The notes beneath the pieces were generated by a model. The model saw nothing but the letters and a program-made list of their open reading frames with translations, had not been told where the DNA came from and made no database searches. From Nitrospirota bacterium (GTDB lineage Bacteria; Nitrospirota; UBA9217): 64,000 nt of DNA. Positions 1 to 9,627 of the stretch are shown piece after piece. The stretch lies in NCBI GenBank assembly GCA_963751455.1, contig CAVVUN010000008.1, positions 224,001-288,000 on the forward strand, in the 5' to 3' direction. Within the stretch, counting starts at the first letter, position 1. Each line of letters begins with the position of its first letter. A program made the translations under genes and the position numbers.

Positions 1-65
1 CAGGGTTGTCAAGCACAAAATCGCGCACTTTATTGAAATCCGAGGGAAATCCGGGATTTTTGCCC

Positions 66-94
66 TTGACACCTCTTTCTCTTTTGTATATAGT
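66..94 (+). promoter_or_regulatory. sigma70 promoter of tRNA operon
   Basis: TTGACA (66-71), 17 bp spacer, TATAGT (89-94), just upstream of tRNA-Gln. Confidence 0.8.
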
Positions 95-112
95 GCTAGC
101 TCTGTCAGTTGC

Positions 113-186
113 TGGGGGATCGTCCAGTGGTAGGACGACAGGCTCTGAACCTGTTTACGGGGGTTCGAATCCTCCTCCCCCAACCA
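113..186 (+). tRNA. tRNA-Gln(CTG)
   Basis: Acceptor TGGGGGA/TCCCCCA, anticodon arm ACAGG-CT CTG AA-CCTGT, GGTTCGAATCC T-arm, encoded CCA. Confidence 0.96.
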
Positions 187-260
187 GTTAACTACCTATT
201 GAAAATTGCAGATTTCAAATTGTAAATTTCAATTTGTAATCCGACGCCTCATCAGGCAAC

Positions 261-336
261 GGTCCCATCGTCTAGCGGCCTAGGACGCTGGCCTCTCACG
301 CCGGAGACACGGGTTCGATTCCCGTTGGGACCACCA
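261..336 (+). tRNA. tRNA-Glu(CTC)
   Basis: Acceptor GGTCCCA/TGGGACC, anticodon arm CTGGC-CT CTC AC-GCCGG, GGTTCGATTCC, encoded CCA. Confidence 0.96.
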
Positions 337-408
337 ATCCAGATATCTAAAGTTGAACTCAACTGCGAACGTTAAATGCAAGGTCCTATTTTGCATTTTA
401 GAGCGCCC

Positions 409-1770
409 TCACTCCGCCTCGAGCCCTAACTTTTTCAATTTTCTCCAGAGCGAAACCCTGTCAATACCAAGAATCTGGGCAGCAGCCGTTCTGTTGCCGC
501 CCACCTCATTCAGCACCCACTTGATATAGGCCGTCTCCTGTTCTTCCAGAGACGGCATCCTCCCTTCTTTCTTCCTGAACGTCCTGATGTTCAGCTCCCG
601 CAGATCCTCGGGCAAGTGGGCGAGCTCGATGGTGTTACCCGATGCCAGAGCTACGCCCCGCTCAACGATATTTTCCAGTTCCCGCACATTCCCCGGGAAG
701 TCGTAATTCATGAGAAGGCCGATCACTTCCTGGGATATCTCGTTGACCTCCTTCTTCATCAGTACGCCGTACTTTTTCAGGAAGTAATAACAGAGAAGGG
801 GAATATCGTCCTTCCGCTCGGAAAGAGGGGGGATCCGCAGTGAAACGACATTCAGCCGGAAGTAGAGGTCCTGCCTGAAGGTCCCTTCCCTGATGGCGTC
901 CTGTATGTTCCTGTTTGTGGCGGCGACCAGGCGAACGTCCACCTTGAGCGGTTCAGTTCCGCCTACCCGGAGCAGTTCCCTCTCCTGGATTACCCTGAGA
1001 AGCTTTACTTGCATGGATGCGGGCATTTCCGTGATCTCGTCGAGGAACAGCGTGCCGCCTGAAGCCATTTCGATAAGCCCTTTCTTGGCTGCTACGGCTC
1101 CGGTGAAAGAACCTTTTTCGTGCCCGAAAAGCTCGCTGGACAGGAGCTCCTCGTTGAATGCACCGCAGTTAATGCCGAAAAAAGGGCCTTCCGCCCGCTT
1201 GCTGCTTATGTGAAGGTAGCGGGCAAAAAGCTCCTTGCCGGTTCCGCTCTCGCCGTTGATGATCACATTACAGTCTGTCGGCGCAATCTGGCGGGCGGTT
1301 TCGAGCAGCCTTCGTACGCCGGGGTCCTGGGTTATGATCTTTACCTTGCCGCGGTAGTGCTCTATCTGCTCTCTCAGGTTCTTGTTCTCTTTTTTGAGTG
1401 ATACCTTTCCGACCGCTTCCTTGACGACCCTCCGAACCTCGTCGAGTTTGAACGGCTTGGCAATGTAGTAAAACGCTCCGTGCTTCATTGCGTCCACTCC
1501 TGATTCGAGCGTGGCGTAGCCGGTTATCATAATGACTTCAGTATCCGGATGCAGCTCGCGGCAGCGCCGGAGGACCTCCATACCGTCAACCTTTTCCATG
1601 CGGAGGTCGGTCAGCACCACGTCGAAAGCTTGCTCATCAAGCATTTTGAGCGCATTGGGGCCGCTCTGAGTGCCGACAACCTCGTAGCCCTCCTTCTTCA
1701 TGACATGCTCAAGGTTCCTGAGCGCCACGCGCTCGTCGTCGACAATAAGTAATTTTGCGTGATTGTTCAT
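409..1770 (-). CDS. sigma54-dependent response regulator (NtrC/AtoC family; REC-AAA+-HTH8)
   Basis: REC (IVDD...LTD...AKPF), [30 protein letters not shown], Fis-type HTH; start probably MNNHAK (1770), ORF track extends to 1803. Confidence 0.93.
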   Translation of the reverse strand: MNNHAKLLIVDDERVALRNLEHVMKKEGYEVVGTQSGPNALKMLDEQAFDVVLTDLRMEKVDGMEVLRRCRELHPDTEVIMITGYATLESGVDAMKHGAFYYIAKPFKLDEVRRVVKEAVGKVSLKKENKNLREQIEHYRGKVKIITQDPGVRRLLETARQIAPTDCNVIINGESGTGKELFARYLHISSKRAEGPFFGINCGAFNEELLSSELFGHEKGSFTGAVAAKKGLIEMASGGTLFLDEITEMPASMQVKLLRVIQERELLRVGGTEPLKVDVRLVAATNRNIQDAIREGTFRQDLYFRLNVVSLRIPPLSERKDDIPLLCYYFLKKYGVLMKKEVNEISQEVIGLLMNYDFPGNVRELENIVERGVALASGNTIELAHLPEDLRELNIRTFRKKEGRMPSLEEQETAYIKWVLNEVGGNRTAAAQILGIDRVSLWRKLKKLGLEAE

Positions 1771-1859
1771 TTCACCGGACTCCTTAAAATTCAACAGAGA
1801 CATGGAAATATTATCCGCAGATTACGCAGATTCCAGAGATTAAACCAAACCCGAATTAA

Positions 1860-2044
1860 TCCTAAAAAAAGCATTTGGGACGCAGAAAAATCGGATAAAC
1901 GCAGATAAGGTCGGATAAAAAAACGTTCTTGTATCGTAAAAGCAGTCACCCTGCGGGTGAATTTTTTTCTCTAAAAATTCTAAAATTCTTTTGTTTGATC
2001 TGCGGTTATCTGCGTTCATCTGCGTCCAACTGCCGTTTTCAGAT
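1860..2044. mobile_element. MITE-like repeat (approx. 185 bp), reverse-complement copy at 53074-53253
   Basis: Imperfect terminal IRs (TCCTAAAAAAAGCATTTGGGACGCAGA ... TCTGCGTCCAACTGCCGTTTTCAGAT), internal CGCAGAT repeats, near-identical inverted copy at 53 kb. Confidence 0.75.
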
Positions 2045-2106
2045 TTATGCTTTCGCAACAGCAGGGTTTGTACTCTGCGGACTGGGTCTCTCCTGACAGT
2101 CAATTA

Positions 2107-3651
2107 TCATTTCAGCGGCAGCCGGATCAAAAAGGTCGTGCCTTTGCCCGGCTCGCTGTCCACGGCTATACAGCCGTCGTGCTCCTCGATTATCTCGTGC
2201 ACGATAAAAAGGCCCAATCCGGATCCCTTGCCGACGTCCTTGGTCGTGAAGAAAGGGTCAAAAATCTTCGGGATCAGGTCCACGGGAATCCCGGCTCCAT
2301 TGTCCCGGAATTCAATATCTACCGTATCCTCTTCGAGGGAGCATTTCCCCCTGTATTTAAGATAATTATAGATGCCCATCTTGCAGTCCTCCACGTCGTC
2401 CATTGCACGCCTTTTCTCGGCCTTGATAGTTATTATCCCGTTCTTCAGGGATACGGCGTCGAGGGCGTTCTTGGTCAGGTTCAGGAACACCTGCTGTATG
2501 CGCTGCTTATCGGCTACGATCGTCAGGTCATCCGCGATTTCCAGCGTAATAGAGGTATTTGCCGGTATCTGGCCCCTTACAAACCGGATCGTTTCCTCAA
2601 ATAATGTTTTCATGTTCAGGCTTTGCTTTTTAAACTCCTTGTCGCGCGAGAATTCGAGGAGTGAGCGGACGATGTTTCTCGCGCGATCGGTTTGTTCGTT
2701 TATCTGCGACAGGAGTTCCGTCGCAAAATCGGGAAAGAGATTGTCCTTGCAGGGCGCATTTTTTTCCTCAGCTTCGTTGATCTCTTCAAGCAGAATCTGG
2801 CTCGAAGACGAGATGTTGGAAAGAGGATTATTCAGTTCATGCGCAACCCCCGAAAGGAGCGTCCCGAGAGAGGCAAGCTTCTCGGACTGCACGAGGTGCC
2901 GCTGCCTGAGTTCAAGCTCACGGAGCATTTTGTTGAACGCGTTGGTCAGCGAGGCAATCTCGCGGTCGCGTGAATCTATGCGGATACTTTCAAACCGGCC
3001 CTCAGCGATCACTTCCATGTTCTTCTCGATCAGTTTCAGCGGCTTCACAACTACCTTTGAAAGGACATGGCCGATTGCTATCACGGCGATTGAAAGGAGA
3101 AAGATGGAAAGAATAAGTATATGTTGAGAGGTGTTCAGGAGAACCTGGATGCTTCTGCGCTCTGTCTTCGATATTTTTTCAGCGATCGTGATAATGTCCT
3201 TGCCGGTGGCACGGATTCTGTTTTCAAGCATCGTACGGCGCGCGGCGTTCTCCGGCTGTTTTTTTTCCCGGTCCTTTGCCGTCAACATCGAGTACGTAAC
3301 AATGAGACTCCGGTACCTGGTGAGGCTTTCCCTGATTGTTTCTATTTGAGGCGAGGAGGAAAGCGTCATAAAACCCGTAATGTTGTTCTCGAGCAGTTCG
3401 ATGGCTTTCGCTACGTACTTTCTGTTCTCCTGGTAGTCGGATTCCTGCTGGTAGAGAAAATAGTTCTTTTCGAAGCGCCTGATCTCGAGCGTCGTATCGA
3501 AAAACTCCGTAATGGCCTCTCCAAAAATGATCTTGCGCTCAATGAACCGCAGTTCCAGAAAGGTAACGACCGAGAGACCTATCATCATGATGACGATAGC
3601 GAAATAGGCCAAAGTGATCTTATGTCTTATGCTTGGTCTGTATTTGAACAT
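2107..3651 (-). CDS. HAMP-domain sensor histidine kinase
   Basis: Two TM segments, extracytoplasmic RRFEKNYFLY motif, HAMP, H-box GVAHELNNPL, N/G1/F/G2 boxes. Confidence 0.93.
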   Translation of the reverse strand: MFKYRPSIRHKITLAYFAIVIMMIGLSVVTFLELRFIERKIIFGEAITEFFDTTLEIRRFEKNYFLYQQESDYQENRKYVAKAIELLENNITGFMTLSSSPQIETIRESLTRYRSLIVTYSMLTAKDREKKQPENAARRTMLENRIRATGKDIITIAEKISKTERRSIQVLLNTSQHILILSIFLLSIAVIAIGHVLSKVVVKPLKLIEKNMEVIAEGRFESIRIDSRDREIASLTNAFNKMLRELELRQRHLVQSEKLASLGTLLSGVAHELNNPLSNISSSSQILLEEINEAEEKNAPCKDNLFPDFATELLSQINEQTDRARNIVRSLLEFSRDKEFKKQSLNMKTLFEETIRFVRGQIPANTSITLEIADDLTIVADKQRIQQVFLNLTKNALDAVSLKNGIITIKAEKRRAMDDVEDCKMGIYNYLKYRGKCSLEEDTVDIEFRDNGAGIPVDLIPKIFDPFFTTKDVGKGSGLGLFIVHEIIEEHDGCIAVDSEPGKGTTFLIRLPLK

Positions 3652-3781
3652 GGTTTTGAACGTAAATGACGGTTACGGCAAGAGGCCCGTTTCGTTATTC
3701 GGTGCGTCGTTCGGCTTACAACGTAACCGCAGGACGGCTGACGATACGGGCATCGTTACCCGGTGCGGTCCTTTGACGTAA

Positions 3782-5776
3782 TCATATCAGCACCGCTTCC
3801 ACTACTTCATGCACTGTATCGGCAAGGCATATTTCGACGTCCTTTTTTACGGCGTCGGGCAGCTCCGCAACGTCGTCCCTGTTGCGGCCGGGAACTATTA
3901 CCTTCTTGACCCGTGCTCGCCTGGCAGCCAGAACTTTTTCCTGGATTCCACCAACCGGAATAATCCTGCCGGTCAGCGTGATTTCACCGGTCACCGCAAT
4001 GTCCCTTCTGGCGGCGCGCTTCGTCAGCAGCGATACGAGCGCAACCAGGATCGCGATCCCGGCCGACGGCCCGTCCTTCTGGATTGCTCCTGATGGGACG
4101 TGAATATGAATGTCATGGTGCTCGAAGAAGTCGTCGGCAATGCCAAAATCACGGGCATTGCTTCTGATATAGCTGAGCGCCGCCTGGGCGGACTCGCGCA
4201 TAATATCTCCGAGCGAGCCGGTCAAGATCAGCTCTTTTTTGCCCTTCATCTTCGCGGCCTCTACGAAGATGATCTCTCCGCCGCTTTCGGTTCTCACGAG
4301 ACCCGTGGCAACGCCGACCCGGTCTTTTTCCTCGATAACTTCAAAACGGTATTTGCTCCGGCCAAGGTAGCGCTCGATCGCGTTGCTCGCTATAGTTACC
4401 GTGCCGCCGGGCGCGCCGTCAAGCGACTCCCGGGCTATTTTGCGGCAAATAGTGGCGATCCTCCGCTCCAGGTTTCTGATACCCGCCTCCCTTGTATATT
4501 TCTGAATGATCGACGCGAGCCCGTCCTCGGAAAAGACTACCTGCGCCGGAGACAATCCTTTTTCCCGGACCTGCCTGGGACAGAGAAACTGCGCCGCGAT
4601 TTTGGTCTTCTCTTCCTGGGTGTAGCCCGTAAACTCGATGACCTCCATCCGGTCGCGAAGCGGCGCAGGCACCGAATCAAGCACGTTGGCCGTCAGGATA
4701 AACATGACGCTCGAAAGGTCAAAGGGAACATCGAGATAATGGTCCACGAATGCACGGTTCTGCTCGGGGTCGAGCGCTTCAAGGAGGGCTGCCGCGGGAT
4801 CCCCTTTGAAATCATGGCCTATCTTGTCCAGTTCGTCGAGCATGATCACCGGATTTGCTGATTCAACCCGTCGCATCTCCTCGATGATCCGGCCAGGTTT
4901 GGCCCCGACATACGTTCGGCGATGCCCCCGGAGGTCTGCTTCATCCTTGAGGCCTCCAAGGGCAATGCGGGTAAACTTCCTGTCAAGAGCCCGGGCAATG
5001 GACCTCCCGAGCGAAGTCTTGCCTGTTCCGGGCGGACCGGCAAAGCACAGCACCGAGCCTTTCGTGTTCGCTCGAATCGTTTTCTTCTCGAGCGCCCGCT
5101 TTACCGCGTCCCGCACCTCCTCAAGCTTGAACGGTTTGGCAATATAGTGGAAAGCGCCCTTCTGGACTGCTTCTATTGCGGACGGAACTGTCGCGTAGCC
5201 GGTGACCACAATCACCCGCGTGTCCGGCCAGCGTATCGGTATGTGCTCAATCAGTTCCATCCCATCGATCCCGCCCATTTTCAGATCGGTCAGCACGACG
5301 TCGAATTCCGAGGACTCCAGTTCCCGGAGTGCCGACTCGCCATCGGCGACAGGGACCACTTCATACCCTTCCTTTGCCAGAACATGAGTGAGGTTCTTGC
5401 GCGCAATCTCCTCGTCGTCGACCACGAGCAGCCGCGCCTTCCTGTTCATCATCAAAACCTTGACCGCAAGATGCTCCAGTACTCGCTCTTTAATCGTGTT
5501 CAAACCGAAGTGGTTTTCGTTCAAAATTCGCTCAGCCCGTATGATATCCAGCTTGTCCTGGGTCCTGGTGTTCCATGGCAGAGAGATCAGGTAATCGATA
5601 TAGGTAATGCCAATGGTATATTCCGCAGTCGATTGGCTTATCCGTGCGAGAGTGGCAAGTTCCTGTTGAGCTACCCGTTCCGCGGTTTCCGGCATTTTAG
5701 CGAGAGCGATTTTCTTACGAAGATCATCGACAATGAATTCCTCGTGGTTGTCTTCTGAGCTTTTGAAAAATTTCAC
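3782..5776 (-). CDS. lon: Lon-type ATP-dependent protease with inserted receiver domain, lacking the Lon N-terminal domain
   Basis: GPPGTGKT, GHRRTYVGA pore loop, MLDELDK, KDGPSAG (catalytic Ser), GGIQEK (catalytic Lys); REC domain at about 5085-5440; GTG start at 5776 preceded by AGGAGA (ORF track starts 5959). Confidence 0.88.
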   Translation of the reverse strand: MKFFKSSEDNHEEFIVDDLRKKIALAKMPETAERVAQQELATLARISQSTAEYTIGITYIDYLISLPWNTRTQDKLDIIRAERILNENHFGLNTIKERVLEHLAVKVLMMNRKARLLVVDDEEIARKNLTHVLAKEGYEVVPVADGESALRELESSEFDVVLTDLKMGGIDGMELIEHIPIRWPDTRVIVVTGYATVPSAIEAVQKGAFHYIAKPFKLEEVRDAVKRALEKKTIRANTKGSVLCFAGPPGTGKTSLGRSIARALDRKFTRIALGGLKDEADLRGHRRTYVGAKPGRIIEEMRRVESANPVIMLDELDKIGHDFKGDPAAALLEALDPEQNRAFVDHYLDVPFDLSSVMFILTANVLDSVPAPLRDRMEVIEFTGYTQEEKTKIAAQFLCPRQVREKGLSPAQVVFSEDGLASIIQKYTREAGIRNLERRIATICRKIARESLDGAPGGTVTIASNAIERYLGRSKYRFEVIEEKDRVGVATGLVRTESGGEIIFVEAAKMKGKKELILTGSLGDIMRESAQAALSYIRSNARDFGIADDFFEHHDIHIHVPSGAIQKDGPSAGIAILVALVSLLTKRAARRDIAVTGEITLTGRIIPVGGIQEKVLAARRARVKKVIVPGRNRDDVAELPDAVKKDVEICLADTVHEVVEAVLI

Positions 5777-6066
5777 CGGAAGAGTTCTCCTCTGCGAATT
5801 GCCTTTCATTTCTGAGCGAAGCGAAACCAGTTTATCAATAGGGACTCTAAGAGTCAAGCACCCTGATGATTCATTCTGCAGCGTCATTCTAACGAATGCG
5901 TTGCATATTACAACATATACCATTATTTTGCAACGCTCGTAATTGTTCTTTGTAATCAACGGCTAACAGGCCTTCTTGCCTTTGCTATTGCATTATAAAA
6001 CGGAACCATACCGAACCCCGGTTTAAATAATACCATTATTTCAGCTAGTTATGTGGAATTTCACAT

Positions 6067-6081
6067 TGGCACGCAAGTTGA
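6067..6081 (+). promoter_or_regulatory. sigma54 -24/-12 promoter
   Basis: TGGCAC-GCAAG-TTGA versus consensus TGGCAC-N5-TTGC; candidate enhancer palindrome GTTGCA-TAT-TACAAC near 5900-5914. Confidence 0.7.
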
Positions 6082-6119
6082 AGTAGCAACAGTATCAAGC
6101 AGAAAGGAGGAAACAGGCT

Positions 6120-6290
6120 ATGAAGACCTTACTGAGGAAGTTCGAAAAAATGATGGCTGCAGCTGCCTTCGCAGAAGAAGGTTTGTTCGATGCTGCAAGG
6201 CAGATCATGAACGAAGACCGGATCAGGAAGAGCGACAGGCCCTCGGACCATTTAAGGCCGACCGCCAGGAAACAGATGCGTGCCGATTAA
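6120..6290 (+). CDS. small FAExGE-motif protein, 56 aa (not in ORF track)
   Basis: AAAGGAGG RBS, ATG 6120; MKTLLRKFEKMMAAAAFAEEGLFDAARQIMNEDRIRKSDRPSDHLRPTARKQMRAD*; paralogs elsewhere in window. Confidence 0.78.
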   Translation: MKTLLRKFEKMMAAAAFAEEGLFDAARQIMNEDRIRKSDRPSDHLRPTARKQMRAD

Positions 6291-6329
6291 CGGCGGCCAT
6301 CTCTCTGATTGGAAATGCGGGTGAATCTC

Positions 6330-6833
6330 ATGGAAACAGGCAAGCTCAGGAAAATGATAAAAAAAGTTGAAGACATGCTCGCTGCCGTTTCATTTGCGGA
6401 AGAAGGAGAGAGCGAAACGGCCCGGTCCCTGATGAAGGACGGGCGGAGAGTACTCCTGGCGCTCAAGCAGGGACGGATCGATCCCGCGACCGTAAAGTAC
6501 GCAGTAAACACATCAAAAAGGATCCGGGCCGAACTCGACATTCTGTACATAGGTTCGCAGGAAAAGAGCGAGGTTGAGGACCCCGGTTTGGTGGAACTCC
6601 GGTCTGCTCTTTCATGCGAGGGCATTAAATACCGGCTCATACGAAAAACGGGCTGCCTGAAAAAGGCGGTCATAGACTACACGAACACTGAAAAAGAAAT
6701 CCTGTTCGCTGTGGTGGAGTCGGTGAACAGCGTGGACGCGGATTGCAGCACGAAGGAAGAAGCCAGGATTTCCGAATTGTGGCAGAAGCTCAAATGCCCG
6801 CTCGTGGTGGTGATGGATGAGGCAGGAGCATAA
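6330..6833 (+). CDS. USP-like hypothetical protein with N-terminal FAExGE motif
   Basis: KKVEDMLAAVSFAEEGESETARSLM followed by a USP-like alpha/beta region ending KCPLVVV. Confidence 0.75.
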   Translation: METGKLRKMIKKVEDMLAAVSFAEEGESETARSLMKDGRRVLLALKQGRIDPATVKYAVNTSKRIRAELDILYIGSQEKSEVEDPGLVELRSALSCEGIKYRLIRKTGCLKKAVIDYTNTEKEILFAVVESVNSVDADCSTKEEARISELWQKLKCPLVVVMDEAGA

Positions 6834-6896
6834 CTATAGTGCGAATTTCAAATGGCAAATTGTAAATTAAAAATTGTCTGAAGAGGAGGAAGTATC

Positions 6897-7145
6897 ATGG
6901 CAAGCATTGCAAAGAAAAAGCCGGTCGGCGCGATGATCGTTATGGGCATCATTTCCATAGCGCTTTACGCAGCCCTCCTGCTGAAGCAGGACCAGATAAA
7001 CAGCATTTTCGGAAAGGGCGGATGGTATGCTTTTTTGCCCATTATAACAGCTTTTGTTTTCTCTTATTTTCACGGGGGTTTCACGGGTCATTTTTGGACT
7101 GTACTCGGGGTTGAGGCCGCCAGGAAAAAAAAGGAGGTAAAATAA
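6897..7145 (+). CDS. small membrane protein (2 TM)
   Basis: GAGGAGG RBS, two hydrophobic segments, 1-bp gap to the TauE gene. Confidence 0.8.
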   Translation: MASIAKKKPVGAMIVMGIISIALYAALLLKQDQINSIFGKGGWYAFLPIITAFVFSYFHGGFTGHFWTVLGVEAARKKKEVK

Positions 7146-7146
7146 G

Positions 7147-8226
7147 ATGCAGGACATCATGAGCAACTTCATCAATCTTGATGCTATTACCATTCTGTAC
7201 CTGTTCGGCGTCGGATTCGTCGGCGGGCTCGTCAGCGGTTTCATCGGTTCCGGAGGAGCATTCGTTCTTACGCCCGGTATGATGAGCCTCGGTGTTCCCG
7301 GACTGGTTGCCGTTGCAAGCAACATGTGCCACAAGTTCCCGAAGGCGCTGGTCGGCTCGATCAAGCGGGCCAAGTACGGCCAGGTTGACGTGAAAATGGG
7401 CATCGTCCTCGGGATCTCGGCTGAAGCGGGCGTGCTGTACGGCGCGCATATCCAGGAGAAGATCAAAGCCGCTTTCGGCGACGCCGGTTCCAACCTGTAT
7501 GTGAGCGTGGCCTTTGTCGTTATCCTTGCGTTGGTCGGAGGGTTCGTCCTGCGCGATGCCTGGAAAACCTACAAGGCGGGCAACTCCAATGAAGAAGAAA
7601 AAGCAGGCAAGCTGGCCCGCTGGGTCCAGTCCGTCAATATTCCCGGCACCATGGTCTTCTTCAAATGTTTGAATGCCAGGATCTCCGTGCTCTTCACGAT
7701 ACCGCTCGGGTTCGCAACGGGCATGCTGGCAGCCACAATCGCGGTCGGCGGCTTCATCGGAGTTCCGGCCATGATCTATGTCCTCGGCGCGCCCAGTCTC
7801 ATGGCCTCGGCCACGGAGCTGGTAATTGCCTTTGTCATGGGACTCGGCGGTTCCTTCAAATACGCGATGTCCGGCCTGGTCGACATTCGTCTTGCCATGA
7901 TCATCCTTGCCGGTTCGCTTTTCGGTATCCAGCTCGGCGCGATCGGCACCACCTATGTCAAACCTTTCATGATCAAGGTGGTGATGGGCGCGATAATGGT
8001 CATCGTGCTTTTCAGCCGCGGCCTGATGGTCCCGGTCTATCTCTCGCAGCTCGGTCTTATTGAAACACTTGGCGAAGGTACGGTAAAAGCGCTGAAGACC
8101 GTCAGCTTTGCCATCATGATCTTCGCATTGCTTATGGGTGCGTTCATTGTCCTGCGTGCAATGTGGCAGGGCCGCCAGGCGGAGAAATTGCAGCTGGCTA
8201 CGGAAGCCGCGCACGGGAAAGCATAG
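7147..8226 (+). CDS. sulfite exporter TauE/SafE (TSUP/DUF81) family transporter
   Basis: GFIGSGGAFVLTP and IAVGGFIGVP internal repeat motifs, multiple TM helices. Confidence 0.88.
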   Translation: MQDIMSNFINLDAITILYLFGVGFVGGLVSGFIGSGGAFVLTPGMMSLGVPGLVAVASNMCHKFPKALVGSIKRAKYGQVDVKMGIVLGISAEAGVLYGAHIQEKIKAAFGDAGSNLYVSVAFVVILALVGGFVLRDAWKTYKAGNSNEEEKAGKLARWVQSVNIPGTMVFFKCLNARISVLFTIPLGFATGMLAATIAVGGFIGVPAMIYVLGAPSLMASATELVIAFVMGLGGSFKYAMSGLVDIRLAMIILAGSLFGIQLGAIGTTYVKPFMIKVVMGAIMVIVLFSRGLMVPVYLSQLGLIETLGEGTVKALKTVSFAIMIFALLMGAFIVLRAMWQGRQAEKLQLATEAAHGKA

Positions 8227-8260
8227 AGTATCCTTGTAAAACAACCGACGCTTCGGAATC

Positions 8261-8300
8261 AAGCCGGAACGCGCTCTTACAGAGCGTTCCGGCTTTTTTT
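8261..8300 (+). terminator. rho-independent terminator
   Basis: AAGCCGGAACGC...GCGTTCCGGCTT stem followed by T run. Confidence 0.8.
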
Positions 8301-8739
8301 GCTATGGATGAGAAGGCGGTCCAACCGTGACCGTAAATCCAGCAATTCTATCTCGTTTGCATCTTCTGCTGAAACCCGGCCTTCCAACACAGTTGATCCG
8401 CAGATTACAAATTTTAAATGCTGAAGCCGTTGTGTTCACTCAGAAGGCGAAATAGTCAATTCTATCTTCTCCACCCGGCCCATGCGGGCATTCCAGTATT
8501 GTCCCTCAGGACCAGGACGTTCGCACTGACATTGTCACCTGCTTGCCGCATCCCGCCTCTATTCCTCACACTCCGCGGTCTTCGCTCCGGTTGTTAATCG
8601 AACCGCAAGGCGCTTCTGATAGCTGCTTCGGCGCCCGTAAAATCAACGCGGCTGTGGTAACAAATAACGTGAAAGGCTTTCAGCCTTTACTCCATTTCGC
8701 TCACTACGTCCCGGAAATGTTTCCGGTCGGCGGGAATTC

Positions 8740-9162
8740 TTATTCGGGGTAGACCATGAGGCCGAGACTTCTGAAGTCATTGTCAAAGGACAGACAGGGA
8801 AGGTTATCGAGAAGATTTGTAATTATCACGAAAGAGAGGGCATCACAGTAAGAAAGCTTTTTATCTTTCGACAGCTTTATGAAGATTTGTTCCGCGGCTG
8901 ATCGGACTGAATCGTCATACCGTACGATAGCAAGAGACGGTTTTATTATGTCCAGGAACTGAACCGCGGTCTTGTAGCCGGCCCGATAGCGAAGAAGCGT
9001 GACGGTTTCGCTGACAATGTCCCACGTCGTATACATCGTCGCCTTTTCTTCCACGCAACGGGCGAGGACGTCCCCTGCCCTGTCGTAGTTCGAGTCGCCG
9101 GGATAGAGCGAAGCGAAAAAGAATGACGTGTCGCAAAAAGCGGCGTTCCGTGGAAAGATCAC
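8740..9162 (-). CDS. vapC: PIN-domain (VapC-like) toxin
   Basis: FCDTSFF, IVSET, LSYCDALS, SFDNDF acidic PIN residues; 4-bp overlap with upstream antitoxin. Confidence 0.85.
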   Translation of the reverse strand: MIFPRNAAFCDTSFFFASLYPGDSNYDRAGDVLARCVEEKATMYTTWDIVSETVTLLRYRAGYKTAVQFLDIIKPSLAIVRYDDSVRSAAEQIFIKLSKDKKLSYCDALSFVIITNLLDNLPCLSFDNDFRSLGLMVYPE

Positions 9163-9428
9163 GATCGGTCCTCGGCAGCGTACAGGTGGTCCTTGATATT
9201 TTCCGAGATCGGATATTTTTTAACTTTGCCCTTTGGCGCGGTCCGCTTCCGTAATGCAAGAAGTTTCTTCGCGGCTTCTCCCGGTTTCACCCGGGGAGAC
9301 GTTTTGATTTCCGCAACGACTTCATCGTGCACGGTCACCTGATACACTGTATCGGGCGACTCTCTCAGCTTTTTTATGATGCCCGGCAATCGTTTTCGCG
9401 CTTCAGATATCGATATGGTTGTTTTCAC
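9159..9428 (-). CDS. Phd/YefM-like antitoxin
   Basis: TISISEARKRLPGII...VAEI Phd-type N-terminus; GTG start after AAGGAG; AATTGTACA repeats upstream as likely operator. Confidence 0.75.
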   Translation of the reverse strand: MKTTISISEARKRLPGIIKKLRESPDTVYQVTVHDEVVAEIKTSPRVKPGEAAKKLLALRKRTAPKGKVKKYPISENIKDHLYAAEDRS

Positions 9429-9552
9429 GAGAAAACTCCTTGGTGAATCAAATTGTACAAATTGTACATATTTTACCACCGAGTTGCTCAATTGTCATCA
9501 GGAATTAATCCGGCCTCTTCTTCAACGTCTCCTGAAGTTTTGAGAAATTAAA

Positions 9553-9581
9553 TTGACTTGACGAATTACTTAACGTATACT
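9553..9581 (+). promoter_or_regulatory. sigma70 promoter of fic gene
   Basis: TTGACT-17 bp-TATACT. Confidence 0.6.
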
Positions 9582-9627
9582 TTACGAACAGAAAGGACTC
9601 GTAACAGAATGGAGTTGTGTACACGTC

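Noticed and set aside
6-191. 61-aa ORF
   Set aside because: Overlaps the tRNA-Gln gene and its promoter
1840-2103. ORFs with MNADNRRSNKRI here and at 53099-53479
   Set aside because: Similarity comes from the shared MITE, not a protein family
5777-5959. N-terminal extension of Lon in the ORF track
   Set aside because: No Lon similarity, overlaps the divergent promoter region; a better RBS precedes the GTG at 5776
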